From Eubacteriales bacterium (GTDB taxonomy: Bacteria > Bacillota > Clostridia > Christensenellales > UBA1242), in NCBI GenBank assembly GCA_018384735.1, contig JAHAXB010000032.1, forward strand, positions 7,660-71,659: DNA of 64,000 bases, in the 5' to 3' direction. The position numbers were made by a program, and so were the translations under genes. Positions 20,802 through 31,024 of the stretch are shown here, piece by piece. Position 1 is the stretch's first letter; the number at the start of each line of letters is the position of its first letter. The notes under the pieces are model-generated. The model did no database searches and was not told the DNA's origin. It saw nothing but the letters and a program-made list of their open reading frames with translations.

Positions 20802-21719
20802 TTAAACATTAAATTTGAAATGGATAATGTCGCCGTCTTGGACGATGTAGTCGCGACCTTCCTGTCGTACGCGGCCATTTTCCCGCGCCGTCAATAAATC
20901 ACCATATTTGACAAAGTCGTCATAGGAAACGACCTCGGCTTTGATGAAACCACGCATAAAGTCGGTATGAATTTTGCCCGCCGCAATTAACGCAGTGTCG
21001 CCTTTTTTAATGGTCCAAGCACGGACTTCGGGTTCGCCCGCGGTTAAATACGAAATTAAGCCCAGCAAACCGTACCCCGCCACCACCAAACGATCCAAAC
21101 CGCTTTGTTGCAATCCGTACATTTGCATGAACTCCGCGCGTTCGGCGTCATTTTGCAAAGCCGCCAATTCGTTTTCGACTTGGGCGCAGATACCAATCAC
21201 TTGGGCATGGTCGGCCGCCGCGATTTCCTTAATTTTTTGGTAGTGTGGATTATTAGCACCGTCGTCGGCAATATCGCTTTCATTATAGTTAGCGACATAA
21301 ATAACTGGTTTATCAATGCCGGCGTACTGTAATTCCAATTTGATGGTGTCAATATCACTTTCAGGGTTAGCTTTACCGTCCACGTGGGTCACGTTCGGGT
21401 CATCAAAAGCACGGACCACATGCACAATCGCATCAACTTCGCGAATGTGGGACAAAAATTTGTTGCCCAAGCCCTCACCTTGCGAAGCGCCTTTAACCAA
21501 TCCCGCAATGTCGACGAACTTTACCGTAGAATGAATGACAGATTTCGCGTGGTAATGTTCCGCCAAGAAATCAACACGCGGATCCGGTACCGGCACAATG
21601 CCGATGTTGGGCTCAATCGTGCAAAACGGGTAGTTCGCCACTTCGGCGCCCGCACGCGTGATTGCATTAAACAAAGTACTTTTGCCGACATTCGGCAAGC
21701 CCACAATTCCGATTTTCAT
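20802..21719 (-). CDS. ychF: Obg-family ribosome-binding ATPase YchF (internally shortened)
   Basis: [27 protein letters not shown] domain [31 protein letters not shown]. Confidence 0.95.
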   Translation of the reverse strand: MKIGIVGLPNVGKSTLFNAITRAGAEVANYPFCTIEPNIGIVPVPDPRVDFLAEHYHAKSVIHSTVKFVDIAGLVKGASQGEGLGNKFLSHIREVDAIVHVVRAFDDPNVTHVDGKANPESDIDTIKLELQYAGIDKPVIYVANYNESDIADDGANNPHYQKIKEIAAADHAQVIGICAQVENELAALQNDAERAEFMQMYGLQQSGLDRLVVAGYGLLGLISYLTAGEPEVRAWTIKKGDTALIAAGKIHTDFMRGFIKAEVVSYDDFVKYGDLLTARENGRVRQEGRDYIVQDGDIIHFKFNV

Positions 21720-21731
21720 TTTTTCTCCTGT

Positions 21732-22301
21732 TTATTTTACCATTTGTAACAACATTTTTTTCAAGGCGGTTAAATCTTTCACGTGAATAATTTCGGCACC
21801 GTTGACCACGTCAGGGTTGTTGTCGCGACTGCGGAAGAACGCATCCACGGTATCAAAAATTTCGCCGGCGCCCTTAAATTCGTCCACGATAATCATCTTC
21901 TTTTTGGCAAAGAACGAAAACAACAGTTCACTGAAAGTACCCCAGCTGCCACCCATAGCTACGACCACATCGCTGTACGGGGTCATGTCCATACTGCGTT
22001 TTAAGAAGTTTTCGCTGTTGGTCGGCAAAATGTTTTCGTTAAAAACCAAATCCGAAACGCCGTCGGTCGTAAACTTGTAACGTTCCAAATGTTCTTGCAG
22101 GTCTTTGGCTGGTGTGTAGCCGATGACCTTGCCACCAGCTTGCACGGCACCGCGACCGACAAAATACGGATAACCACCGCAAGCACCGGTCAAAATTTCA
22201 AAGCCGTTTTCCGCCAAAAACTTACCCAAATCTGCACAAGCTTGGATTTCTTTTTCACTGTAATGTTTATTGTTAGTTCCACCGTAAACGGTAATTTTCA
22301 T
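21732..22301 (-). CDS. SLOG/LOG-superfamily Rossmann-fold nucleotide-binding protein
   Basis: KITVYGG, ILTGACGG, MGGSWGTFSEL (PGGxGTxxE-like). Confidence 0.75.
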   Translation of the reverse strand: MKITVYGGTNNKHYSEKEIQACADLGKFLAENGFEILTGACGGYPYFVGRGAVQAGGKVIGYTPAKDLQEHLERYKFTTDGVSDLVFNENILPTNSENFLKRSMDMTPYSDVVVAMGGSWGTFSELLFSFFAKKKMIIVDEFKGAGEIFDTVDAFFRSRDNNPDVVNGAEIIHVKDLTALKKMLLQMVK

Positions 22302-23864
22302 TTAGAATCCCTCCTTCAAACTAATGGTCTTATTAAAGACTAAACCATCTTTGTGGTCAAGCACATAGTATCCTTTACGCACAAATTGGTATTTTGTTGA
22401 CACATCGTTACGCTCCGCCAACCATTTTTCCACGTAGCCGCGACTTTCATGTAAGGAATCGCGGTTGATATTGTCTTCGTTCAAATCCGTACCAACCTTT
22501 AATAACGGTTCAAAAGTACGAATCGTGACTGGTACCGCGTTATGTGCATCAATATATTGAATCACGCCTTTGGCTTTTTCGTCGGTAATTTCACATTCCA
22601 AAACATCGCCAACTTTACGTAAACATTTAATTTTGTAAGCACCACGCAGTTGCACGACACCGCCAATCACCAAGCGCTTATATTTAGCCGGTGGATTATC
22701 GCTGTAATCATCGCCATCAATCCAAATTTCGTTTGAGAATGTAATCGGGTGTGTACCCGCCGCTTCATCGTGCGGATTGTTGGTAACTTGGAAAGTTTCG
22801 GTCTTGTCGTAATTGACAATCTTCACTTTAATTGAGTTTTCCACTGCTGCCACGCGCACGGCGTGTTGATCTAATTCGGTACGGACATAATATTCCAAAG
22901 CCGATAACGGTACAGTCATGTTGTTTTTACTAACTCCGGTTGACTCGACAAAATCCAAAATCGCTTTGGCGGGATAACCACGGCGACGCATGCCCGAAAT
23001 GGTCGGCATACGTGGGTCGTCCCAACCGCTGACCAAACCTTCATCCACGAAACGTTTTAACCAGCGTTTACTCATCGCGAAACGTTCAATGTTCAAACGC
23101 GAAAATTCGTACTGTTCGGGTGGAATCTTCGGCAAGTTCGGCAACGCACCTTGGCATTGCTCCACAAACCAATGGTACAACGGGCGATGGTCTTCGTATT
23201 CCAAACTGCAAATACTGTTACTAATATGTTCAATGTAATCGCTTAAACTGTGGGCAAAGTCATACATCGGATAAATCACCCACTGGTTACCTGTACGGTA
23301 ATGCGTTTGGCGCAAAATGCGGTAAATGACTGGGTCACGCATGTTCATATTGGGTGACGCCATGTCAATCTTGGCACGCAAAACACGACTGCTATCCGGG
23401 AATTCACCCGCACGCATACGTGCAAACAAATCCAAGTTTTCTGCCACGGAACGGTTACGGTAAGGACTTTCCTTGCCCGGTACCCCGAGTTCGCCGCGCA
23501 TGGCTTTAACTTCTTCCATAGAACTGTCGTCCACGTAAGCTAAACCGCGCTTAATCAAATGTACCGCGCATTGATATAATTTTTCGTAATAGTCGCTGGC
23601 AAAAACCACTTGGTCATATTTCAATCCCAACCAATCCAAGTCACGTTTCATGTTTTCCACATATTCCATACTTTCTTTGGCGGGGTTAGTATCATCAAAA
23701 CGCAGGTTGACCTTACCATGGTATTTACAACGCATAGCATAAGAAATACTAAACGCTTTCGCGTGACCAATGTGCATATAGCCATTAGGCTCGGGCGGAT
23801 AACGTAAAATAATATCTTGTCCGCGCTCTTTGGCTTGCACTACACCTTCTTCGATGAAATTCAT
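22302..23864 (-). CDS. glnS: Glutamine--tRNA ligase
   Basis: PPEPNGYMHIGHAK, RFDDTNP, YPMYDFAH, MSKR, GWDDPRMPTISGMRRRG. Confidence 0.96.
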   Translation of the reverse strand: MNFIEEGVVQAKERGQDIILRYPPEPNGYMHIGHAKAFSISYAMRCKYHGKVNLRFDDTNPAKESMEYVENMKRDLDWLGLKYDQVVFASDYYEKLYQCAVHLIKRGLAYVDDSSMEEVKAMRGELGVPGKESPYRNRSVAENLDLFARMRAGEFPDSSRVLRAKIDMASPNMNMRDPVIYRILRQTHYRTGNQWVIYPMYDFAHSLSDYIEHISNSICSLEYEDHRPLYHWFVEQCQGALPNLPKIPPEQYEFSRLNIERFAMSKRWLKRFVDEGLVSGWDDPRMPTISGMRRRGYPAKAILDFVESTGVSKNNMTVPLSALEYYVRTELDQHAVRVAAVENSIKVKIVNYDKTETFQVTNNPHDEAAGTHPITFSNEIWIDGDDYSDNPPAKYKRLVIGGVVQLRGAYKIKCLRKVGDVLECEITDEKAKGVIQYIDAHNAVPVTIRTFEPLLKVGTDLNEDNINRDSLHESRGYVEKWLAERNDVSTKYQFVRKGYYVLDHKDGLVFNKTISLKEGF

Positions 23865-23903
23865 AACATAAATTATAGGTTGATTTTCAGGCTTTGTCTA
23901 TTG

Positions 23904-24956
23904 CTAAATCAAATCATAGATGGCCTGCTTTAATTGTTCAATGTTAGTTTTTTGAACCGCGGAAATCACCACCGCACCATCGGGAGCCACGAAGTCGGGC
24001 TTTTTGTCAATCTTGTTATAAACTAACAGTTGTGGGATTTTATCCGCACCCAAGTTTTTCAAAACTTGATTAACCACCGCGATTTGTGTATCGTGTTCGG
24101 GGTTAGCACAATCCACCACATGGACCAATAAGTTGGCTTCGCGGGTTTCGTCCAAGGTGGCTTCAAAAGCGTTAATAAATTCGTGTGGTAAATGGTTAAT
24201 AAAACCAACAGTATCGGTTAAAACAAAATTTTTACCGTTCAAATAAACGGCACGGGTGGTCGTATCCAAAGTTGCGAACAATTCATCTTTGGCGTAAACA
24301 CCAGCTTTGGTCAACAAATTAAACAAGGTCGACTTACCACTGTTGGTGTAACCCACCAAACAAACACGGCATTGGTTGTGGCGTTGACGGCCAGCCACCA
24401 CACGGGCTTTTTTCACTTCGGCCAATTTGCGTTCCAGTGCGATAATCTCATCATGGATTAAGCGTTTGTCCAATTCCAACTTCTTTTCGCCCGGACCACG
24501 CATTCCTACGCCGTTACGCATTTTGCTCATTAAACCACCACTGCCAATCAAGCGTGGCAAGTTATAACGTAACTGCGCCAATTCGACTTGTAATTTACCG
24601 GCCGCACTTTGGGCGCGCGCAGCAAAGATATCCAAGATAACTTTACTACGGTCCAAGACCGGTACATTAAGTTCACTTTCCAAGTTGCGCACTTTGCTGC
24701 CGGACAATTCCACATCAAAAACCACGACATTGGCTTGGGTAGTTTCAATTAAGTTTTTAATTTCTTCAACTTTACCCTTACCTATATAATAGGTTACGTC
24801 AACGTCTTTGCGGTTTTGAATGACGCGTCCCACAGTTTCAATGTTACAGGTTTGACACAATAAGGACAGTTCGTCCAAATCTTCCACAGAAAAAATTTGG
24901 TTGACGCCAACGCCAACCAAAATTGCTTGGTCAGGTAGAACCTGATTATTGTGCAT
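23904..24956 (-). CDS. hflX: GTPase HflX
   Basis: GKLQVELAQL, RGPGEKKLE, GYTNSGKST, LFATLD, DTVGF, NKID; start taken at the ATG overlapping the rpmF end. Confidence 0.95.
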   Translation of the reverse strand: MHNNQVLPDQAILVGVGVNQIFSVEDLDELSLLCQTCNIETVGRVIQNRKDVDVTYYIGKGKVEEIKNLIETTQANVVVFDVELSGSKVRNLESELNVPVLDRSKVILDIFAARAQSAAGKLQVELAQLRYNLPRLIGSGGLMSKMRNGVGMRGPGEKKLELDKRLIHDEIIALERKLAEVKKARVVAGRQRHNQCRVCLVGYTNSGKSTLFNLLTKAGVYAKDELFATLDTTTRAVYLNGKNFVLTDTVGFINHLPHEFINAFEATLDETREANLLVHVVDCANPEHDTQIAVVNQVLKNLGADKIPQLLVYNKIDKKPDFVAPDGAVVISAVQKTNIEQLKQAIYDLI

Positions 24957-25176
24957 TGCGTTCAGCCTCCGCCTTGGCCTTCTTAGCCTTGACATCGTTC
25001 TTAGTTTCGATGCGTTTAACGCCATCATAGTAACCACATTCTGGGCATACTACATGTGGGCGGATTTTTGCCTTGCATTGCTTGCATTCGGTCAACGTCG
25101 GAGCCGTCAACTTGCTATTGTTTGAAGTACGGGTATTGCGACGTGCCTTTGATACTTTGTGTTTTGGTACTGCCAT
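24946..25176 (-). CDS. rpmF: 50S ribosomal protein L32 (Zn-ribbon type, C-terminal extension)
   Basis: MAVPKHKVSKARR, CxxC...HxVCxxCGYY. Confidence 0.96.
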   Translation of the reverse strand: MAVPKHKVSKARRNTRTSNNSKLTAPTLTECKQCKAKIRPHVVCPECGYYDGVKRIETKNDVKAKKAKAEAERNAQ

Positions 25177-25236
25177 AATTGAGAATTATAGCAAAAGACT
25201 CTTGATTTGTAAAGAACTTTCATATATATTAGTCAG

Positions 25237-26175
25237 ATGGGATTATTAGCAAAGGCTGAAGCATATTTACAACACGAAGCAGAGATGCGTATTGCCGCCG
25301 AAAAACGCGCGGCCGAAGAACAAATGGCATTGGCTGCCGCCATTAAAGCACGTCCAAGCAAAGTCGAAATGGTTAAATCCGCGGTTAATCATGTCACAGC
25401 GGGTGTCAAAACCGCCACGACTAAATTAGCGCATTATGCTACCGACTTCAAAGCCCAAGTTTCAACCGCCTTCAAAAAAGCGTATCAACCACGATTCCGT
25501 CAATACGCAGCGATGGTTATGGCACTGGGTTTAAGTTTACAACCGGTGGAACCGAGAACCTTAAACACGCAACCTAAATTACAACAACGATTGAATTGGT
25601 CAGTTATCCCAACCATAGAACAAACTGTTGAACCACGCCCTGCGCAACCTAAATTCGATGCGTTTGTCGATGTTTTCACCAAGGATTTGAATAAGCCATA
25701 TTTCAGCGAACAAGACCGTGACGATTTGGCGCGCTTATTATATGGCGAAGCGGGACCGAGTTTTGCTGATATGTCAGAAATCATGCACGTTATTTTCAAC
25801 CGCGTTGACTCGCCATTATTCCACGGCAGTTTGCACGATATTATTACCGCGAAAAACCAATTTATCGGTTACAACCCGAACCAAGTAGTTGACCCCGACA
25901 TCCGTAAATATGTTGACTGGTACATTGATGTTGAATGTAACGGTCGTCCCGGTGCGGAAGCTTGCAACCGCTATTATTTCGTTACCGGAATTAAAGGCAA
26001 ATGCAATAAGTTTGAAATCAGTCCGACTGGCTCACAAGGTAAATGGGTTGCCACCAGTCATAAACATTACGACGAACCTGGGCATTATTGCCAACACGCG
26101 GTTGACCAAGCCAACCGTTACAACTACTGGACGGAAGCGCACCATACCCAACACACCCACACGCGCTCGATGTAA
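25237..26175 (+). CDS. Cell wall hydrolase (Hydrolase_2/SleB-like lytic transglycosylase domain) with an unusual N-terminal region
   Basis: DLARLLYGEAG (catalytic Glu), VIFNRVDSPLF, IITAKNQF. Confidence 0.75.
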   Translation: MGLLAKAEAYLQHEAEMRIAAEKRAAEEQMALAAAIKARPSKVEMVKSAVNHVTAGVKTATTKLAHYATDFKAQVSTAFKKAYQPRFRQYAAMVMALGLSLQPVEPRTLNTQPKLQQRLNWSVIPTIEQTVEPRPAQPKFDAFVDVFTKDLNKPYFSEQDRDDLARLLYGEAGPSFADMSEIMHVIFNRVDSPLFHGSLHDIITAKNQFIGYNPNQVVDPDIRKYVDWYIDVECNGRPGAEACNRYYFVTGIKGKCNKFEISPTGSQGKWVATSHKHYDEPGHYCQHAVDQANRYNYWTEAHHTQHTHTRSM

Positions 26176-26176
26176 T

Positions 26177-26974
26177 TTATTTAGTTTCGTCAACCGTAGT
26201 ATCTAAATGTTCCAACGGTTCTCGTAAAACGGCTCCCGAGTGGGACAATTCTTTGGCTAATTTCATTCTTGCTTTATATTGTTCCGGTGTAATCTTGCCA
26301 GCGCGTAATAAGTAGTTACCATACAAACCTTTCGCACCAACTTCGGCACCATTTTTGGTTCCGCCACAAAGAGCAAACGGAGTTTTTAACACAATCCATA
26401 AATCACGCCAGAAAGTTACTTTACTGGCATATTTTTCGTCGATAGCAAAAGTATCTTCCCAACTTAATCCTTGGCGACCGTTGCTAACTTGGTCCATGCC
26501 GGTTAAACCCGGACGCACACGATAGGTAGCTAATGCAGCTTGGTCATAAAAGACCACATCTTTCAACATACGCGGACGCGGACCGACAATACTCATATCC
26601 CCTTTCAAAATATTAAACAGTTGGGGCAATTCGTCCAAACTAAGTTTACGCAAAATTTTACCAAAAGTTGTGATACGATAAACATCTGGTTTTAAATTAC
26701 CATTTTCGTCTTTTTCGTTGGTCATGCTACGAAATTTGTAAATTTTGAAAATTTTTCCATTTAACCCCGGACGATACTGAGTAAAGATGGCACGACCGCC
26801 ACGGATAAAAATCTTATGTAAAATCCAAATAATTAAAAACAAAGGCGACAACAAAATGATGGCCAACAAAGACAAAACAATGTCAAAAAAGCGTTTAAAA
26901 AAAAGTTGGTACAATGTACGACGCGGTTTTTTCAACGCAGTTTTTGCTTGAACGTTTTGCTTTTGTGCTTCCAC
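26177..26974 (-). CDS. Bacterial sugar transferase (priming phosphoglycosyltransferase)
   Basis: KRFFDI, YKFRSM, SLDELPQLFNILKGDMSIVGPRP, VRPGLTG. Confidence 0.92.
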   Translation of the reverse strand: MEAQKQNVQAKTALKKPRRTLYQLFFKRFFDIVLSLLAIILLSPLFLIIWILHKIFIRGGRAIFTQYRPGLNGKIFKIYKFRSMTNEKDENGNLKPDVYRITTFGKILRKLSLDELPQLFNILKGDMSIVGPRPRMLKDVVFYDQAALATYRVRPGLTGMDQVSNGRQGLSWEDTFAIDEKYASKVTFWRDLWIVLKTPFALCGGTKNGAEVGAKGLYGNYLLRAGKITPEQYKARMKLAKELSHSGAVLREPLEHLDTTVDETK

Positions 26975-27019
26975 TAATTCTAGTATACTCCTGTTTTAGT
27001 TTTTGAAAATAAAATATTT

Positions 27020-28054
27020 TTATTTGTTCTTTAACAACTTTTCGCATTCGAGGGCAATCATCAATTCTTCGTTGGTTTTGATAATCAGTTTTTGACAGTT
27101 CGGTAAGAAATCAAAATGTGACATGACACGTTCAGAAACGAATTTACGGTAGACACCAATACCACCTGTCCAAACAATAGCGTCACAACCTTTCATTTCG
27201 GCAACATAACCACCAATGTATTGAACCAAACGATGGATGAAAACATCCAAAGCGATTTTCACGCGTTCGTTAGTTTCCATAATCGGTTCTAAGTCGCGCA
27301 TATCGGAAGAAATGCCCGTCATACCTTTGAGACCACAAGATTTATTCAAATAAGTAATTGCTTCGTCAATCGTGAAATGGTGTTTTTCACAAATGATACT
27401 TAATGCCGCGGGGTCAATGTCACCCGAGCGCGTACCCATTACTAAACCGGCAAGCGGGGTCATGCCCATGCTGGTATCAATACACTTACCGTGTTCCACC
27501 GCGCAGATGCTGGCACCGTTACCGATGTGACAAGTAATCAACTTCAAATCCTTTAACGGACGGCCAAGTTCTTTCGCTGCTTGCTCCGCAACGTATTGGT
27601 GACTGGTACCGTGGAAACCGTATTTGCGGATACCGTACTTTTCGTAGTCTTCCATCGGGATACCGTAGAGATAAGCACCGGGTTCCATGGTACTATGGAA
27701 AGCCGTATCAAAAACCAAAATATTGGGCAAATCTGGCATTTGACTCATGCAAGCGCGCACCCCCGCCATAGCGGCTGGATTGTGTAACGGAGCCAAAAAT
27801 TCGATGCGGTCCATTTCCGCCAAAACTTTATCGTCAACAAAAACACTGTGTTTGAAGTTTTCACCACCATGAACAACGCGGTGACCAATCGCTTTAATTT
27901 CGGAAAGGTCGATTTTTTGTAAGATTTCTTGAATGGCGGCCGCGTGGTCCGTCACACGTTGGATATCATCATCCACAATTTTTTCGCGCGTAGTGGTTTC
28001 TACGACTTGGTATTTGACCGAACTACTGCCACAATTTAACACTAAAATTTTCAT
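27020..28054 (-). CDS. ackA: Acetate kinase (compact, ~344 aa)
   Basis: NCGSSSVK, GHRVVHGG, APLHNP, YGFHGTSH, MGTRSGDID, TNEE. Confidence 0.96.
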   Translation of the reverse strand: MKILVLNCGSSSVKYQVVETTTREKIVDDDIQRVTDHAAAIQEILQKIDLSEIKAIGHRVVHGGENFKHSVFVDDKVLAEMDRIEFLAPLHNPAAMAGVRACMSQMPDLPNILVFDTAFHSTMEPGAYLYGIPMEDYEKYGIRKYGFHGTSHQYVAEQAAKELGRPLKDLKLITCHIGNGASICAVEHGKCIDTSMGMTPLAGLVMGTRSGDIDPAALSIICEKHHFTIDEAITYLNKSCGLKGMTGISSDMRDLEPIMETNERVKIALDVFIHRLVQYIGGYVAEMKGCDAIVWTGGIGVYRKFVSERVMSHFDFLPNCQKLIIKTNEELMIALECEKLLKNK

Positions 28055-28099
28055 ATATAATGATTGTAGCATAAATTTTTTTTGTGGTATAATAAAATA

Positions 28100-29371
28100 A
28101 TGAAGATTGCCGTGATTATTGCCGAGTTCAACCCTTTACACAAGGGACACGAGTATTTAATTGAACAAACTCGCAAAGTTACGGACTGTACCCACATCGT
28201 AGTAATTCAAACCGGCAACTTTACCCAGCGTGCGGAACCCGCGATTATTGAAAAGCATTTACGGGCGCAAAGCGCGATTATGTGTGGTATCGACGCCGTA
28301 TTAGAAATGCCGACCGTTTTCGCAACCAATAATCCGGAAGTTTTCGCCAAAGCCGGCGTACAAATTGCAAACACGATTCCCCATGCCAACTATTTGGTTT
28401 TTGGCGTGGAAGATAACAACTTGCAAATTTTGAAACAAATCGCCTATGTGAAGTTAATCAAAAGTCGCGAGTTCGATAAATACTTAAAAGTGCATTTGAA
28501 AGCCGGATTATCCTATACTGCGGCACAAGCCGAAGTGATTAAAAAATTATTGCCTGAAATTCCACCCGCGGTCATAACCAAAATTCTTAGCGGGGATTAT
28601 AACGTCTTGGCGATTGAATACTTGCGCGAATTGTACCGCCTGCACAGTCAAATTCAACCGGTTTCGATTGCACGTTTCAAAAAAGGCGACCAACAGGTCA
28701 ACACCAGCGCGTTAGCTATCCGCGACGCTTATTACCAAACCAAACCGATTGAACATTATATTCCGGTGCAGATTTTGCCGTTCACGATGCAAGCGATTGA
28801 AAAGCACCCCGTCAAAGAAATGTTCGAGTCCACAATTTTGTACGGCGCGTTGACCGAGTTGGATACTAAACAAACTTACGAAGCCACACCGGAAATTGGT
28901 AAATTGTTTTATGCCCACCGTCCGGTGACTTATGACCAATTAACCAGCGAAATGCCGAACCCGCACTACTCCGCAGCATATTTGAAACGGGTGGCTTTGC
29001 ACGCGACCTTAGGCATTACCAAAAAGGATGTGCAATTTATTTATCAACGCAACCATTTACCCTATGTTAATTTGTTAGCGATTCGCAGCGACGCGCATGA
29101 TTTGTTTAATGAATTAAGTTCAATTCGCACGACGCCGGTCGTTTTGCACGGCAATAAAAACCGCCCAAATGCGGACAAATATTATTGGCGGATGCGGGAA
29201 ATTGACCATTGTGCCAACAGTTTGTACGAAATTTCTTGTCGCCAAAAGTTTTCGCAAAAACCATTATATGTGATTTTAGAACAAAAACCCCAAAAACCCA
29301 TTGTCAGCGAAATGCCGACCGAAGATGATTTTGCGCACGCCGCGGAAGATTTAACCGATAATCAAGCATAA
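28100..29371 (+). CDS. tmcAL: tRNA(Met) cytidine acetate ligase family nucleotidyltransferase (YlbM)
   Basis: IIAEFNPLHKGH, GNFTQR, FGVE, NVLAIEYL, SALAIR; divergent from ackA. Confidence 0.85.
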   Translation: MKIAVIIAEFNPLHKGHEYLIEQTRKVTDCTHIVVIQTGNFTQRAEPAIIEKHLRAQSAIMCGIDAVLEMPTVFATNNPEVFAKAGVQIANTIPHANYLVFGVEDNNLQILKQIAYVKLIKSREFDKYLKVHLKAGLSYTAAQAEVIKKLLPEIPPAVITKILSGDYNVLAIEYLRELYRLHSQIQPVSIARFKKGDQQVNTSALAIRDAYYQTKPIEHYIPVQILPFTMQAIEKHPVKEMFESTILYGALTELDTKQTYEATPEIGKLFYAHRPVTYDQLTSEMPNPHYSAAYLKRVALHATLGITKKDVQFIYQRNHLPYVNLLAIRSDAHDLFNELSSIRTTPVVLHGNKNRPNADKYYWRMREIDHCANSLYEISCRQKFSQKPLYVILEQKPQKPIVSEMPTEDDFAHAAEDLTDNQA

Positions 29372-29392
29372 TATTTATTATTTCACGATGCA

Positions 29393-31024
29393 CTATTTAC
29401 TTCTACTGTGGAAGCGCGTGTGCAAAAGTTTTTGCGCCAAAGGACTTTCCGGACTGCCCAAAAACTCTTGGTACAGTTGTTGAATCGCGGGATTATCGCT
29501 GGCCTTGTGTAGACTGTTGTATTTATCCATAGATTTGATGGTCGCGGCACGTTTGCGCGCGTTACCCAAATTGTCTTGGATTAAACCGCGGTCGCTAGGC
29601 TGACCACCACCGTTCACGCAACCACCTGGGCAAGCCATAACTTCGATGAAATCATAGTGGACTTGACCCGCTTTAATTTGTTGAATGAGCTTTTCCGCAT
29701 TGGCGATACCCGAAACCACAATGCCCTTGATTGAGCGTGGCAGTTGGTCCTTGATATTACGCATGGCGGCTTCACACACACCACCCGAGGTACCGAAAAT
29801 CAAACCCGCCCCCGAAGACAACGACAGTGGGTTATCAAATTCTTCGTCCGGCAGCGCAGCCAGATTAACGCCTTGTTGTTTGAAGAAACGAATGGCGGTG
29901 CGACTGGTAATCACCATATCGACATCGCGGATTGCGTCGCGCGTAATTTCGTCGCACTTGGCGATACACGGCATTAACATCACCGTATAAATTTGTTTCG
30001 GGTCAATACCCGCTTTTTTTGCGTAATAACTTTTGACAATGGCGCCGAACATTCCCATGGGCGATTTCGCGGTCGATAAATTTGGAATCAGTTCCGGATG
30101 GCATTGTTCCACATAGTTGACCCAGCCCGGACAACACGAAGTAAACTGCGGTAAGTTTTTACCACTTTGCAAGCGTTCCAACAGTTCGTGTCCCTCCTGC
30201 ATAATGGTTAAGTCCGCCGCAAAGTCCAAATCGAAAACTCGGTCAAAACCGACCCGTCGCAAAGCCGCCACCATCTTACCTTGCACGTTGGTGCCACTGG
30301 GCAAACCAAAACCTTCGCCCAAAGTCACACGCACACTGGGTGCGGTAGCCACCACACAATGAATATTCGGGTCAGCCAATTTCTCCATCAACAACGGCAG
30401 GTTGCTGTTTTCTACCAAAGCACCGGTCGGACAATGCGCGACACACTGCCCACAAGCAATACATTTAGTGGTATCCAAACTTTCCCCGAACGCGCAACCA
30501 ATTTCGCCATCAAACCCGCGTCCCAAAGTACCCAAGACACCCAATCCTTGGACGTCGCAACAAACTTTCACGCAACGACCGCAACGAATACATTTAGCAT
30601 TATCGCGGACGATGTGTTTTTGGTTTTTATCAATGGGTGGCAAAGGACGACTGGGGGCAAAGGTGTTTTTATCCGCGCCGTACTGCGTAGCGAAACGCTT
30701 CAAACGGCAATCATCAACCCGGGCGCAACTGGTACATTCCAGGCGGTGGTCGGACAACAATAATTCCAGCACGGTTTTACGCGCGGCGGTAACTTCGGCA
30801 TCATTCGTAATAATTTGCATACCGTCCGCAATCGGCGTATTGCAAGCGGTGACCAAACCACGACGCCCCACCACTTTCACCACACACACCCGACACGAAG
30901 CAATCGCGCCCAAACTTTTTTCGTAACACAAAGTCGGAATTTCAATCCCGATGGACGCGCACGCCGTCAGAATCGTTTGCGGTTGCTTAAATTCATAAAC
31001 ATGATGATTGATGGTAACTTGCAT
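29393..31024 (-). CDS. hydA: [FeFe]-hydrogenase catalytic subunit (group A)
   Basis: H-cluster motifs TSCCPGW, MPCIAK, EVMACPGGCVNGGGQP; N-terminal [2Fe-2S], HxxxCxxC and two [4Fe-4S] motifs. Confidence 0.96.
   Translation of the reverse strand: MQVTINHHVYEFKQPQTILTACASIGIEIPTLCYEKSLGAIASCRVCVVKVVGRRGLVTACNTPIADGMQIITNDAEVTAARKTVLELLLSDHRLECTSCARVDDCRLKRFATQYGADKNTFAPSRPLPPIDKNQKHIVRDNAKCIRCGRCVKVCCDVQGLGVLGTLGRGFDGEIGCAFGESLDTTKCIACGQCVAHCPTGALVENSNLPLLMEKLADPNIHCVVATAPSVRVTLGEGFGLPSGTNVQGKMVAALRRVGFDRVFDLDFAADLTIMQEGHELLERLQSGKNLPQFTSCCPGWVNYVEQCHPELIPNLSTAKSPMGMFGAIVKSYYAKKAGIDPKQIYTVMLMPCIAKCDEITRDAIRDVDMVITSRTAIRFFKQQGVNLAALPDEEFDNPLSLSSGAGLIFGTSGGVCEAAMRNIKDQLPRSIKGIVVSGIANAEKLIQQIKAGQVHYDFIEVMACPGGCVNGGGQPSDRGLIQDNLGNARKRAATIKSMDKYNSLHKASDNPAIQQLYQEFLGSPESPLAQKLLHTRFHSRSK

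Noticed and set aside
23865-23903. T-box leader for glnS
   Set aside because: There is no room: TATAAT sits 7 nt from the ATG.
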